Source of the DNA: Myxococcota bacterium
Lineage (GTDB): Bacteria > Myxococcota_A > UBA796 > SXON01
Assembly: GCA_040386535.1 (NCBI GenBank)
Contig: JAZKFH010000074.1
Coordinates: 1-26,783, forward strand
Reading direction: 5' to 3'
DNA: 26,783 bases
Positions 9,963 through 20,738 of this stretch are shown here, in pieces (position 1 is the stretch's first letter; each line of letters opens with the position of its first letter). The notes under the pieces are model-generated. The model saw only the letters and a program-made list of their open reading frames with translations, searched no databases and was not told the origin of the DNA. Made by a program: the position numbers and the translations under genes.

Positions 9963-10505
9963 CCCACCGCCCCAAGGAGCGCGTCCAGGTCCAGGACGAA
10001 GATGCACCTGGATCGGTCAAGAGCGATGAGCGCCCAGGCACTGCCGGTTCCGGGGTCGCTCCCGTTCGTCGTCAGGGGGCCGCAGGACCCGACAGAATGG
10101 GCGTCACTGGGGGTCGTGACGCGGTTCCTGTCGGGTCCCCGCGGTCCCATGCCGAGGGCAGGCCTCCCTCGTGAACGAGAGAACGCCCGCTTTTCGCCCG
10201 CAGCGGCCATGCTCCACACTTCCGACGGCGTCGGGATGCCTCGCGGGGGCCGCAGGACCCGACAGAACGGGCGTCACTGCGTGTAGTGAGGCGATTTCTG
10301 TCGGGTTTGGGTCCACTTCCGCATGCACGTTCCCTCAGGGGGGCCTCGGTGGCCGCTGCGCGGCCACCGGCTGCGTACCTGCTCGTCAGGGGGAGCCTCA
10401 GGGTCGCCGGGCGGCCACCCCGCGGCCGTGAGGGGGCAGGCGAGCGGGGACCGACTGAAAGCGATCATCCCACCGCCCCAAGGAGCGCGTCCAGGTCCAG
10501 GACGA
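9963..10505. repeat. Exact 37-bp direct repeat (9963-9999 and 10469-10505) bracketing two hairpin repeats
   Basis: cccaccgccccaaggagcgcgtccaggtccaggacga occurs twice. Inside, gggggccgcaggacccgacagaa-gggcgtcactg occurs twice, 170 bp apart, each as the left arm of a hairpin. Confidence 0.85.
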
Positions 10506-10510
10506 CCGCA

Positions 10511-10658
10511 CCGTCCGAAGTGACGGGATGCGCGCCCATCCCCCGACCCCGGCCGGACATACCGTCCGAAGTGAACGGATGCCCGTTCATCCCCCGACCC
10601 CGGCCGGACATGCCGTCCGAAGTGACGGGATGCCCGTTCATCCCCCGACCCCGGCCGG
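10511..10658 (-). repeat. Array of three 46-nt hairpins, 51-bp period
   Basis: Units at 10511, 10562 and 10613: ccgtccgaagtga..ggatg-N6-catcc-cccgaccccggccgg. The outer stem pairs better on the minus strand (G-T pairs). Confidence 0.9.
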
Positions 10659-10699
10659 CCGCCCCCCCTCCCAGCACCACCCGGCCCCCGCGCCGTAAG

Positions 10700-10832
10700 C
10701 CCCCCCCCGCGCAAGGGCACCTGGAGGGCGGGCGCGCCGCGCGCCCGGTCCGGCCGGGCGCCGCGCCCGGCCGACCGAGCGGAGCGAGCCCGCAAGGCGC
10801 CCGACCCGGCGTCCTCGCCGGGATACGCCCCG
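10700..10832 (-). repeat. Diverged reverse-strand relative of the ~190-bp dispersed element
   Basis: The minus strand reads gggcgtatcccggcgagg ... gccctccaggtgcccttgcgcgggg, matching the start and end motifs of the copies at 14513, 17290 and 26114. Confidence 0.45.
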
Positions 10833-10868
10833 CCCCCGAGACACCGCCCCCGAGACACCGCCCCCGAA

Positions 10869-11066
10869 TCACCGCCCCCGCTTCCGCCACAGCTCGTGCC
10901 CCGCCCCCACCGCGCACAACACGTGGTGCGCGCCGAGCCACATCCAGCCGCGCAAGCCGAGCTGCGGCCCGATCGTGATGGTGAGGCCGAGCGCCACGAT
11001 GATCCAGGTCACCGCGACGGCGCGGCCGAGGTCGAAGCGGCCGAGGTCGAAGCGGGGCGGGGTCAT
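10869..11066 (-). CDS. Small membrane protein (65 aa) translationally coupled to the TetR gene
   Basis: Its ATG overlaps the TetR stop (ATGA, 11063-11066); two hydrophobic segments; duplicated 15-bp unit encoding FDLGR. Confidence 0.65.
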   Translation of the reverse strand: MTPPRFDLGRFDLGRAVAVTWIIVALGLTITIGPQLGLRGWMWLGAHHVLCAVGAGHELWRKRGR

Positions 11067-11650
11067 GACCGCCGATGGCCCGGCGGCGCGCACAGGCCCG
11101 CCAGGAGGACCGACGCGTAGCGCGCCGCCGCCGCCGGCTGGTCGGGACCGGAGCGGACCGCGTGCTCGATACCACAGATGAGGCGCTGGAGGTCCTGCGG
11201 CGTCAGGTCGGGGCGGATCACGCCCGCGGCACGCGCGCGGGCGAGCAGCGCGGCGACAGCGTGTTCGAGCTCCGCGAAGCCCGCCGCGGTGCGCTCCCGG
11301 TAGGCGGCGTCCGAGGCGAGCACGGCGCCGAGCGAGCGGTCGCTCAGCTCCATCGCCAGCGTCGAGCGGAGGATGCGCTCGATCGCCACGAGGGGATCGG
11401 GCTCCTCGAGCGCCGCGCGGGCGTTCGCGACGAGCGCACCGAGGTGCTCCACGGCCAGCGCCTCCACGAGGGCGCGGTGGTCGGCGAAGTGCCGATACAC
11501 CGTCCCCACCCCCACGCCGGCGCGGCGCGCGATGTCGTTCAGGCTCGGCGTCAGATCTCCCGCGGCGACCACCTCCCGCGCGACGTCGAGGATGCGGCGC
11601 CGGTTTCGGGCGGCGTCGGCGCGCAGCGGGGAGGGGACGGCAGGCGACAT
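11063..11650 (-). CDS. TetR/AcrR-family transcriptional regulator
   Basis: LRADAARNRRRIL and IARRAGVGVGTVYRHF HTH; AGGAGAG RBS before ATG at 11650; divergent from an SDR gene. Confidence 0.93.
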   Translation of the reverse strand: MSPAVPSPLRADAARNRRRILDVAREVVAAGDLTPSLNDIARRAGVGVGTVYRHFADHRALVEALAVEHLGALVANARAALEEPDPLVAIERILRSTLAMELSDRSLGAVLASDAAYRERTAAGFAELEHAVAALLARARAAGVIRPDLTPQDLQRLICGIEHAVRSGPDQPAAAARYASVLLAGLCAPPGHRRS

Positions 11651-11685
11651 CGCGCCTCTCCTATCCGCGCCGACGTGTGCCCGAG

Positions 11686-11755
11686 CGGAACAAAAATCCG
11701 AACGGATAGACAATCCGATTTGCGCGCGCTACACCCGAACCGGATTCTTCATCCG
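11686..11755. promoter_or_regulatory. Three CGGA-N7-TCCG palindromes, probable TetR operators
   Basis: 11686-11700, 11703-11717 and 11741-11755, all with AT-rich spacers, in the TetR/SDR divergent gap. Confidence 0.75.
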
Positions 11756-11774
11756 TTTTCCCGGAGCCGCATTG

Positions 11775-12743
11775 ATGCCCGACCTCGCCCCCGCCGAGCC
11801 CACTCGCGCGCACACCTCCGCGCCCACTCCCGCGCCATCCGCGCCCCCCTGGTCCCCCACCTCCCTCGGCGATCAGGCCGGCCGCACCTTCCTCGTCACC
11901 GGCGCCAACAGCGGCCTCGGCCTCGCCGCGACGCGGGCGTTCGCGCGCCACGGCGCCCACGTGATCCTGGCCGTGCGCGACCCGGGCCGGGGCGAGGCGG
12001 CCCGCGCCGAAATCCTCGCCGAGGTGCCGGACGCCCGGCTCGAGGTCCGCCCGCTCGACCTCGCCAACCTCGCGTCGGTGCGCGCGCTCGCGTCGGCGCT
12101 CCGCTCCGAGGGCCGCGACATCGACGTTCTGCTCAACAACGCCGGCCTCGCCGTGGCCCCCCTTGCGCTCACCGCCGAGGGCGTCGAGCTGCAGTTCGGC
12201 GCCAATCACCTCGGCCACTTCGTGCTCACCGCGCTCCTCTTCGACCGGCTCCGTCGTGACGCGCGCATCATCACCGTCTCCTCGGACTTCGCGCGGCGCG
12301 CCGGCGCGCTCGATCTGGACAACCTCGACGGCGCCAAGGGTTTCTCGGCCGGGCGCTCCTACGCGCGCTCCAAGCTCGCCAACCTGATCTTCGGCCTCGA
12401 GTTGGATCGCCGGCTCCGCGCCGCGGGCTCGCCGATCAAGAGCGTGGTCGTCCATCCGGGCTTCGCGGCCACGCCGGGCGTCACGAAGGTGCCGGGCGTA
12501 CTGCGGCTCGTCATGCACGCCATGAGCGGCCTGTTCGCCGAACCCGTCGACGTGGGGGCGCGTAGCCTGCTCTTCGGCGCCACCGCGCCCGGCGTCGAGA
12601 GCGGCCAGCTCATCGGCCCCGGCGCGCGGCGCACCCGCATCCCCACGGTCGAGACGCCCACCGCGCACGCGCTCGACCTCGACGCGGGGCGGCGCTTGTG
12701 GGAGGTGTCGGAGCGCCTCTCCGGCGTTGAGCTCCGCCCGTAG
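11775..12743 (+). CDS. Short-chain dehydrogenase/reductase (retinol-dehydrogenase-like subgroup)
   Basis: TGANSGLG, NNAG, FGANHLGHF, YARSK and HPG motifs; GGAG RBS before ATG at 11775. Confidence 0.93.
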   Translation: MPDLAPAEPTRAHTSAPTPAPSAPPWSPTSLGDQAGRTFLVTGANSGLGLAATRAFARHGAHVILAVRDPGRGEAARAEILAEVPDARLEVRPLDLANLASVRALASALRSEGRDIDVLLNNAGLAVAPLALTAEGVELQFGANHLGHFVLTALLFDRLRRDARIITVSSDFARRAGALDLDNLDGAKGFSAGRSYARSKLANLIFGLELDRRLRAAGSPIKSVVVHPGFAATPGVTKVPGVLRLVMHAMSGLFAEPVDVGARSLLFGATAPGVESGQLIGPGARRTRIPTVETPTAHALDLDAGRRLWEVSERLSGVELRP

Positions 12744-12975
12744 CGGCGGCCCTCCCGAGGCCCGCGCACCCGCCTCCGCGTCACCGGGTCCCTCGCCCGC
12801 AGCGCCGCCGGTTCGGACGTGGTGGGCGACCATTTCCGCTTCCCCGACTGCGCCATCGCCGCGCGGCGCCGCCACGTCGCCCTCCCCACGCTCGACGCCG
12901 TCCGGCGCGCGGGGTGCGACGAATAGCCCCGTCGTTACCCCACATCCGCGGTATGGTGCGCGGCCCGGAGTCGCC

Positions 12976-13734
12976 ATGGTCCTCCTGTTCGCGCTCGTCT
13001 CCCCCGCCCACGCGCTCCGCGTCGTCTGCAACGGATTCGACGTCACCGACACCGTGCCGATGACCGGCGCCGAGAACGTCCCGGTCGACGCGCGGCCCGC
13101 TGTCACGTTCGCGCCGGGGTGCTCCGGCGCGACCGACTGGAGCGCCGTCCTCGCGCGCACGGAGGACAGCGTCGGGATCGCATTCGCGACCGGCCTCCAG
13201 GACGAGCTCGACCTGAGCCGGCTCCTCGAGGTGTTCCCCGAGGCGGACCTGGACCCGACGACCGGGTACACCCTGACGCTCTCGTCGTTCGAAGGCGAGG
13301 CGATCACCGCCGGCTTCACCACCGGCACCGGCCGGGTCGCCGGGCTCGACGGCGCGCCCACCGTGACCGTGGAGCGAACCACCAGCGACCGCGCGAACGG
13401 CGCCCTCACCGTCGATCTGCTCGTCACCCCCGCCGCCGATCCGGACGGCCTCTCCATCCTCCAGGTGAAGGACGGCGCCCTCAACCGCGGCGTCCAATCG
13501 TTCGTGGTCCCTCCCACCGGCGACATGACCTTTCCTATCGTCTGGGGAAACAGCGACCAACCCGACGAGGTGTGTCCCCAGGTGCGCCAGCTCGACGGGG
13601 CGGGCGTGCCGACGGAGTGGTCCACCGAGGCGTGTGTCGCGGTGGCCGCGTGCGGGTGCGCCTCCACCAGCCCAAGCGCGGGGTTGCTCGGCCTCGCCCT
13701 CGCCCTGGCGCTGACGATCCGGAGGCGCGCGTGA
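12976..13734 (+). CDS. Secreted Ig-like-domain protein with MYXO-CTERM-type anchor (252 aa)
   Basis: GGAG RBS; signal peptide ending AHA; PxxGAENVPVD...LDPTTGYTL Ig-like pattern; C-terminus GCAS-hydrophobic-RRRA. Confidence 0.85.
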   Translation: MVLLFALVSPAHALRVVCNGFDVTDTVPMTGAENVPVDARPAVTFAPGCSGATDWSAVLARTEDSVGIAFATGLQDELDLSRLLEVFPEADLDPTTGYTLTLSSFEGEAITAGFTTGTGRVAGLDGAPTVTVERTTSDRANGALTVDLLVTPAADPDGLSILQVKDGALNRGVQSFVVPPTGDMTFPIVWGNSDQPDEVCPQVRQLDGAGVPTEWSTEACVAVAACGCASTSPSAGLLGLALALALTIRRRA

Positions 13735-14501
13735 TCCTGCTGCTTGCCAACGTGGCGCTCGCCAAGATCGATTGTAGCGGCGGGAGTGTCACCGACACCG
13801 TCCCCGCTCCGGGCGCCACCGGCGTGCCGATCGACATTCGCCTCGCCGCCCTCGTCATCGACGCTGGTTGCCTCACCGGCGTCGACTGGGCGTTCACGCT
13901 GACCCGCGCGGACAGCGGCGCCCTCGTCGCGGAGGCCACGGCCGCGGAGAGCGAGCTGGTGGCGACGGGCCTCGGCGAGCTCTTCCCGCCCGTGCTCGAT
14001 CCGCTCACCGCCTACGTGTTCACCGTGGAGCAGGATTTCCTCGTCGCCGAGGTCGGCTTCACCACCGGCGAGGGCCTGGTCGCCGGCGTCGATGGGGTGC
14101 CCATCCTCACCGACGTGGCGGCGCAGTGGCAGCGCGAGGACGAGACCGTCCGCGTGCGCGGCGGCACCTCCGTGACATGGAACGCCACCCCCGCCGCCGA
14201 CCCCGACGGCCTCTCCATCCTCCAGATCCCCGACGACGCGACCGAGCGAGATCACGCCACCCACCTCGCGGAGACCGGCTCCGGATGGATGTTCTGGGCG
14301 GGCGACAGCCGCCCCGCGCAGGTGTGTCCCAAGGTGCGGCAGATCGACGGCAAGGGGGTAGCGACCGCGTTCTCCGCGCCAGTGTGTGTGGACGTGGAAG
14401 ATGTGACACCGGCCGGGTGCCAATCCACACCCGCGCCCCTCACCGGTCTGGGCATGCTGGGCGCTCTCGTCTCGGTGCTCCTCCGGAACAGGCGCCGCTA
14501 A
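13731..14501 (+). CDS. Paralog of the upstream Ig-like MYXO-CTERM protein (256 aa)
   Basis: GTGA overlap with the upstream stop; shared VTDTVP, FTTG-G-VAG-DG-P, TPAADPDGLSILQ and VCP-VRQ-DG-GV motifs; C-terminus GCQS-hydrophobic-RNRRR. Confidence 0.85.
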   Translation: MILLLANVALAKIDCSGGSVTDTVPAPGATGVPIDIRLAALVIDAGCLTGVDWAFTLTRADSGALVAEATAAESELVATGLGELFPPVLDPLTAYVFTVEQDFLVAEVGFTTGEGLVAGVDGVPILTDVAAQWQREDETVRVRGGTSVTWNATPAADPDGLSILQIPDDATERDHATHLAETGSGWMFWAGDSRPAQVCPKVRQIDGKGVATAFSAPVCVDVEDVTPAGCQSTPAPLTGLGMLGALVSVLLRNRRR

Positions 14502-14512
14502 TCTTGTCACCG

Positions 14513-14702
14513 TCGGGCGCGTCCCCCGCCGAGGCGGCGGCGGCCGGGCGTCTTCCGGAGTCGGCCTTCGGCCTCCGTCCGCCCGCTGCGCGCGGGCGGA
14601 CCCGCGCGGGCTCGTGGTTTCCGGGTGGTCTCCGGCCCGCGGCGGAAGCGCGGCCCGCGCGGCCCTCCAGCCTCCCTCGCGCGGGGTGCGGGGGAGCGGT
14701 GG
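14513..14702 (+). repeat. ~190-bp dispersed structured repeat, copy 1
   Basis: tcgggcgcgtcccccgccgaggcggcggcggccgggcgtcttccgg...gccctccagcctccctcgcgcgggg, closely similar at 17290 and 26114. Confidence 0.9.
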
Positions 14703-14757
14703 TACGGTCGCCGCGCACGCGAGAAACACCGGTCCGCCACCTCCGCGGGCCCCCAAA

Positions 14758-14929
14758 CGGTCACAACTCGGGGGGATGTCGAGGTCATCACGACTTATGG
14801 TCGCGATTGCCCCTCCCAGCGGTCACAACTCGGGAGGATGTCGACATCCTCCCGACTTATGGTCGCAATTGCCCCCCAAAAACGGTCACAACTCGGAGGG
14901 ATGTCGACATCATTCCGACTTATGGTCGC
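14758..14929 (+). repeat. Array of three 46-nt hairpins, 62-63-bp period
   Basis: Units at 14758, 14820 and 14883: cggtcacaactcgg..ggatgtcga...cgacttatggtcg. Unit 2 contains a perfect 26-bp palindrome. Confidence 0.9.
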
Positions 14930-15086
14930 ACCCACCACCACACGCCGCGGCATCCCCGCCCCCAAACCACACGCGGCATCCCCGTGGCCTCCGGCCCCCG
15001 ACGTGCGGCCTCCCGCCGACCTACACGAACCCCAGTCCTCGACCGACAGGGCGCGCCTTCTCCCCCTCCCGCGCTAAGCTCGCCCC

Positions 15087-16594
<1,508 letters not shown>

Positions 16595-16595
<1 letters not shown>

Positions 16596-17263
16596 TGGAG
16601 GTGTTGGTCGCCTGGGGTGGCATGTGGCTCGTCGATTGGTTCGGCGAGCGCCTCGTGTTCTGGATCCCGTTCGTCCTCTCCCTCGCCGTTCACGAATACG
16701 CACACGCCCGCGCGGCCGCCTGGTTTGGCGACAACACCGCCACCTCCCAGGGCCGCACCACCCTCGATCCGTTCGCCCACATCGACCTCGTCGGCACCGT
16801 GTTCCTCCCCTTGCTCGGCGTGCCGTTCGGGTGGGCCCAACCCGTGCCCGTCAACCCCGCCAATTTCCGCACCCGCGGCGACGGCCGCCTCGCCATGCTC
16901 TTCACCGCGGCGGCCGGCCCCCTCTCCAACGTGGCCCTCGCGCTCCTCGTCGCGGCCGTGATCGGCCTCCTCGGCGCCCTCTCCCCACCCCTCCTCCGCG
17001 GCCCGCTCGGCGGCGTGCTCGCCTCGACCGTCGGCCTCAACCTCGCGCTGGCAGTGTTCAACCTGCTCCCCATCCCCCCGTTGGATGGCAGCCGCGTCGT
17101 CGATTGGTTGTGTCCCCCGTGGCTCCGCCCCGCCTGGAACGTGCTCCAGGAGCGCGCGGGCGTCGGCATCGCGGTCGTGCTGGTCGTCGTCCTGCTGCTC
17201 GGTCTGGATATCGGGGGGTGGGCGCGAGGATTGGGAGACGCGGTGGTGGGCTGGGCGGTCTGA
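16595..17263 (+). CDS. Site-2 protease family (M50) intramembrane zinc metalloprotease
   Basis: HEYAH, GWAQPVPVNP, AAGPLSN and FNLLPIPPLDG motifs; multiple TM helices; ATG overlaps the upstream stop (TGATG). Alternative ATG at 16622. Confidence 0.93.
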
Positions 17264-17289
17264 CCGTCCCAACAGAGCCGGTCACCAAA

Positions 17290-17506
17290 TCGGGCGCGTC
17301 CCCCGCCGAAGCGGCGGCGGCCGGGCGTCTTCCGGGGTCGGCCTCCGGCCTCCGTCCGCCCGCTGCGCGCGGGCCGACCAGCGCGGGCGTGTGGCATTCC
17401 GGTGGCCTCCGGCCCGCGGCAAAAGCGCGGCCCGCGCTGCCCTCCAGTCGCCCTCGCGCGGGGCGCGGGCGAGCGGGATGCACCCTCATCCCCTCACTTG
17501 GGACGG
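17290..17506 (+). repeat. ~190-bp dispersed repeat, copy 2, fused to a half 46-nt hairpin
   Basis: Matches 14513-14702, then runs into ggatgcaccctcatcccctcacttgggacgg (17476-17506), which closely matches the right part of the 25409 array units. Confidence 0.9.
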
Positions 17507-20151
17507 GGCGCCCGCCCTCCCCGCCGCCGCCCAACCAACACCCCCACCGCCACCACCCACGCCCCCGAAACCCCACCCCCACTCGCACACCCGCACCCCT
17601 CCGCCTCGTCCTCCTCGACAGGATCAGGCTCCACGACCTCCGTATCCTCCACCCCAGCCGTGTCCCCCGTGTCACACGCCCCCGTGACCAGGCTGTCGAG
17701 ATCGTCGCAGTCCTCCCCGCCGTGCGCCAGCGCGTCCTGCCCGTCGTGATCCTGGTCGTAGTCGGAGTTGCCCGCGCAGTCCTGGTCCACGCCGTCGTAC
17801 CAGGCGTCCGCCGCGCCCGGGGCGATCTCCGCGTTCGTGTCGTCGCAGTCCCACGCGGCAAAGGCGCCGTCGCCGTCGGCGTCCTCGAGCAGCACGTATG
17901 GCCCGCCGTACACGCCGATGTCGCTGGCGCTGCCGTCGACGTCCCGGAGGGCCGGATCGCCCGCGTCGACCAACGGGCTCGACTGCCACAACACGAACTG
18001 GTCGTCCGTGGGATCGCCGTTGGACGACCACGCCACGAACCCCGGCTCGCCCGTCTGGTGGGTGTTGTCGAGCACGGTGGCTTCGAGCGTGCCCGCGAGG
18101 TCGCCTCCGCCGTTGCCATACCAATCGTCGTACGCCAAGGTGAGCCCTTCGGGCGCGTCCCAGGCGAACACCGCCGCGGCGCCGGTGTTGTAGGCCACCA
18201 CCACGTTGCGCACGTCCACGACGGCGTTGTAGAGGTACAGCGCGGAGCCGTCGGCGCTCGCGCCGTTGCCGACGAGCACGTTGTTGGTGAGCGACGTGGC
18301 CGTGGTCTCCAGAAAACACGCGCCGCCGCCCGCGCGGCCCTCGTTCTCCTGGAGCACGTTGTTGGTCCACACGTCCGGATCCGCCGCGCCGCTCACGTAC
18401 ACCCCGGCCCCGTACTCGGCGCGGTTTCCGGCGATGGTGTTGCCGCGCACGGTCCGACGCCCGGCGCCCTCCACGTACAGCGCTCCCCCCGCGTTCCCCG
18501 CGGTGTTGTCGATCAGCTCGGCGCCCTCGACCGAGAGCGAGCCCGCGTCCACCACCGTGGCGGCGCCACCGTCCCCGCCCGCGGTGTTGTCGGTGAACGT
18601 GCTCGCGACCAGTCGGACGGATTGGAGCGCCTCGCCGTTCACCGCGAGCGCCCCGCCCGAGCGCAGGTCGGCCACGTTGTCGGTGAACTGACTGCCGGCC
18701 ACATCGAGCCCGCCCACCTGGTAGATGGCGCCCCCACTGTAATACGCCGTGTTGCCGTCGAACGTGCTATCCGTGACGGAGAAGGCGGGCGAATACGTGG
18801 CGTAGACCGCGCCGCCGTCGGCGTAGGTCGCGGTGTTGTCGGTCACGGTGAGCGTGTCGAACGTCACGTCGTCCACGTCGTAGAAGTAGAACGCGCCTCC
18901 CGCGTAATACGCCACGTTGCCGTCGAACAAGCTGTCGGTGACGTCCAGCTGTCCGGTGTAATACACCATGACCCCGCCGCCGTAGCCAACGGTGGCCAGG
19001 TTGTCCGTGAAGGAGGAGCCCACGATCGAGAGCCCCCCCACGGAGTAGACGTACATCCCCGCGCCGCCGTACAGGCTGGTGTTCGCGTCGACCCGGGTGT
19101 TGGTCAACGAGAGCTGGTCGCCGTAGGAGACCCAGATGCCGCCACCGTAGTAGGACTGGTTGGCGGTCAGGTCCGAGTCGGTCACGTCGACCTGGGCGTA
19201 GCTGTTCTGGAACACCCCGCCGCCGTAATACGCCACGTTCGCGTCCAACGTGACCGCCGAGAGCGTGGTGACGCTGTAACTGTCGAGGAACAGGCCTCCA
19301 CCATACGCGATGGTCGTGGCGTAGTCGGGCGAACCGTTGCCGCTGAACGTGACACGCTCTGCGGCGAACGTGGCGCTCGCCCCCACGAACACGCCGCCGC
19401 CGTAGCCGTACGTGGTGGCCGTGGAGTTCACGTTGTCGGTGAACGTGGTATCCGTCGCGCGCAGCGTGGTGCCGCCCGCCGTGTACACCGCGCCGCCGTG
19501 AATGCTCGCGACGTTGTCGTGCAGGGCCACCCCGTCGAGCACGAGCGTGCCCTGCCCCAGGAGGATCGAGCCGCCGTGCGTGGCGGCGCCGCCGGACAGC
19601 TCGCTGTCCAACAGGGTGACGCTGCTGCCGCCGTCCACATACAGGTGCGCGCCCTGGTAGGCCGTGCCGCCGGTGAACGTGCAGCCCGAGAACGTGGGGG
19701 CGCCCTGCGCAACGTACACGGCCCCGCCGTACAGGTACGGGCTGCCGACGTCCTCGAACACGAGCTCGGAGAGCGTGGGGCTCCCGCCGCTGATCGTGAT
19801 CCCGCCCCCGCCGGCATTCTTCAGGGTGAACCCCTCGAGCGTCGCGTCGCCCGCGATGGTGGCGATGCTCACCCGGCCGCCGCCGTCGAGCACGGTGGCC
19901 GCCGCGCCGTCCGACGCCCGGACCGTGATCCGCTTGCTCCCCAACGTGAGCACCTCGGCCCACGTCCCGGGGCCGACGGACACCACGTCTCCGTCCGCAG
20001 CGGCGTCGATGGCCTCCTGGATGGTGGCGAACGGACCGCTGCCGTCGGCGGACACGCGGAACGTCACGGCCAGCGCGGGCAAGGGGAGCGACAGGCCGAC
20101 GAGGAGGAGCGCGACACGACCCGTGACGCCGGACGATGAGAGCACGTGCAC
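17494..20151 (-). CDS. Secreted right-handed beta-helix repeat protein with putative metal-binding motifs and MYXO-CTERM-type anchor (885 aa)
   Basis: GGAGAGG then GTG at 20151; signal peptide; FATIQEAIDAA cap; many FxxN..GGA(I/V) repeats; SPLVDAGDP..DIGVYGG; DCDD..PGA..YDGVDQDC; C-terminus GCGC-hydrophobic-RRR. Confidence 0.9.
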   Translation of the reverse strand: MHVLSSSGVTGRVALLLVGLSLPLPALAVTFRVSADGSGPFATIQEAIDAAADGDVVSVGPGTWAEVLTLGSKRITVRASDGAAATVLDGGGRVSIATIAGDATLEGFTLKNAGGGGITISGGSPTLSELVFEDVGSPYLYGGAVYVAQGAPTFSGCTFTGGTAYQGAHLYVDGGSSVTLLDSELSGGAATHGGSILLGQGTLVLDGVALHDNVASIHGGAVYTAGGTTLRATDTTFTDNVNSTATTYGYGGGVFVGASATFAAERVTFSGNGSPDYATTIAYGGGLFLDSYSVTTLSAVTLDANVAYYGGGVFQNSYAQVDVTDSDLTANQSYYGGGIWVSYGDQLSLTNTRVDANTSLYGGAGMYVYSVGGLSIVGSSFTDNLATVGYGGGVMVYYTGQLDVTDSLFDGNVAYYAGGAFYFYDVDDVTFDTLTVTDNTATYADGGAVYATYSPAFSVTDSTFDGNTAYYSGGAIYQVGGLDVAGSQFTDNVADLRSGGALAVNGEALQSVRLVASTFTDNTAGGDGGAATVVDAGSLSVEGAELIDNTAGNAGGALYVEGAGRRTVRGNTIAGNRAEYGAGVYVSGAADPDVWTNNVLQENEGRAGGGACFLETTATSLTNNVLVGNGASADGSALYLYNAVVDVRNVVVAYNTGAAAVFAWDAPEGLTLAYDDWYGNGGGDLAGTLEATVLDNTHQTGEPGFVAWSSNGDPTDDQFVLWQSSPLVDAGDPALRDVDGSASDIGVYGGPYVLLEDADGDGAFAAWDCDDTNAEIAPGAADAWYDGVDQDCAGNSDYDQDHDGQDALAHGGEDCDDLDSLVTGACDTGDTAGVEDTEVVEPDPVEEDEAEGCGCASGGGVSGAWVVAVGVLVGRRRGGRAPRPK

Positions 20152-20222
20152 GGGGAACCTCTCCGGCGCGCACGATACCAGCCGGGCGTGCACGCGGGGA
20201 GAAGACCGCCTATGATCGCGCC

Positions 20223-20654
20223 ATGTCCGTAGGACCGAGACTCCAGATCGCCCTCGTGACGTGGCTCCTTGCGTGTTCGGGCGCGCCCGATCGTGTCGAC
20301 AGCGCGGGTGACGCCGATTCGGCAGACATCGACACGAACGACACCGATGACACCGCCCCCATCGACACCGCGGCTGCGTTCTGCGACGGCGTCCCCACCC
20401 TCGCCTACACCAACTTCGGCGAGGGGTTCCTCCGCGAGAGCTGCCAGGGCTGCCACGCCTCCACGGCCCCCGAGCGCTTCGGCGCGCCGGAGGCGGTCAC
20501 GTTCGACACCGTGGACGACGCGTGGACCTGGGCGGCGCGCATCCTCGCGCGCTCCACGGGGGACGCCCCCACGATGCCCCCGCAGGGCGGCGTCTCGGCG
20601 GACGATCGCACGCGGCTCGCGTGGTGGCTCCGGTGCGGCACGCCGGGTACCTGA
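20223..20654 (+). CDS. Monoheme cytochrome c lipoprotein (143 aa)
   Basis: Lipobox LLAC; CQGCH heme motif; distal MPP; TATGAT ends 6 nt before the ATG. Confidence 0.88.
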   Translation: MSVGPRLQIALVTWLLACSGAPDRVDSAGDADSADIDTNDTDDTAPIDTAAAFCDGVPTLAYTNFGEGFLRESCQGCHASTAPERFGAPEAVTFDTVDDAWTWAARILARSTGDAPTMPPQGGVSADDRTRLAWWLRCGTPGT

Positions 20655-20738
20655 AGGCTTCGGATCCACGTTTTCTCCGGGCGCCCGCATTGATCCGCAC
20701 CCTGGATCTGGGGTACCCTGCCCTCCCCGGAGGTTCGG

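Noticed and set aside
10465..10860. 17-aa repeat protein encoded by the 51-bp array (likewise at 25389-25560 and 26286-26467)
   Set aside because: Substitutions between units preserve base pairing rather than amino acids, related arrays have a 62-bp period that breaks frame, and no RBS or consistent ORF is present.
11661..14756. 1031-aa minus-strand ORF
   Set aside because: Antisense to the SDR and the two MYXO-CTERM genes, and it starts within a repeat.
14758..14929. Possible mini-CRISPR array (46-nt palindromic repeat, 62-63-bp period)
   Set aside because: Linkers are only 16-17 nt and resemble each other, the repeats vary internally, and no cas genes are present. The 51-bp arrays have only 5-nt linkers.
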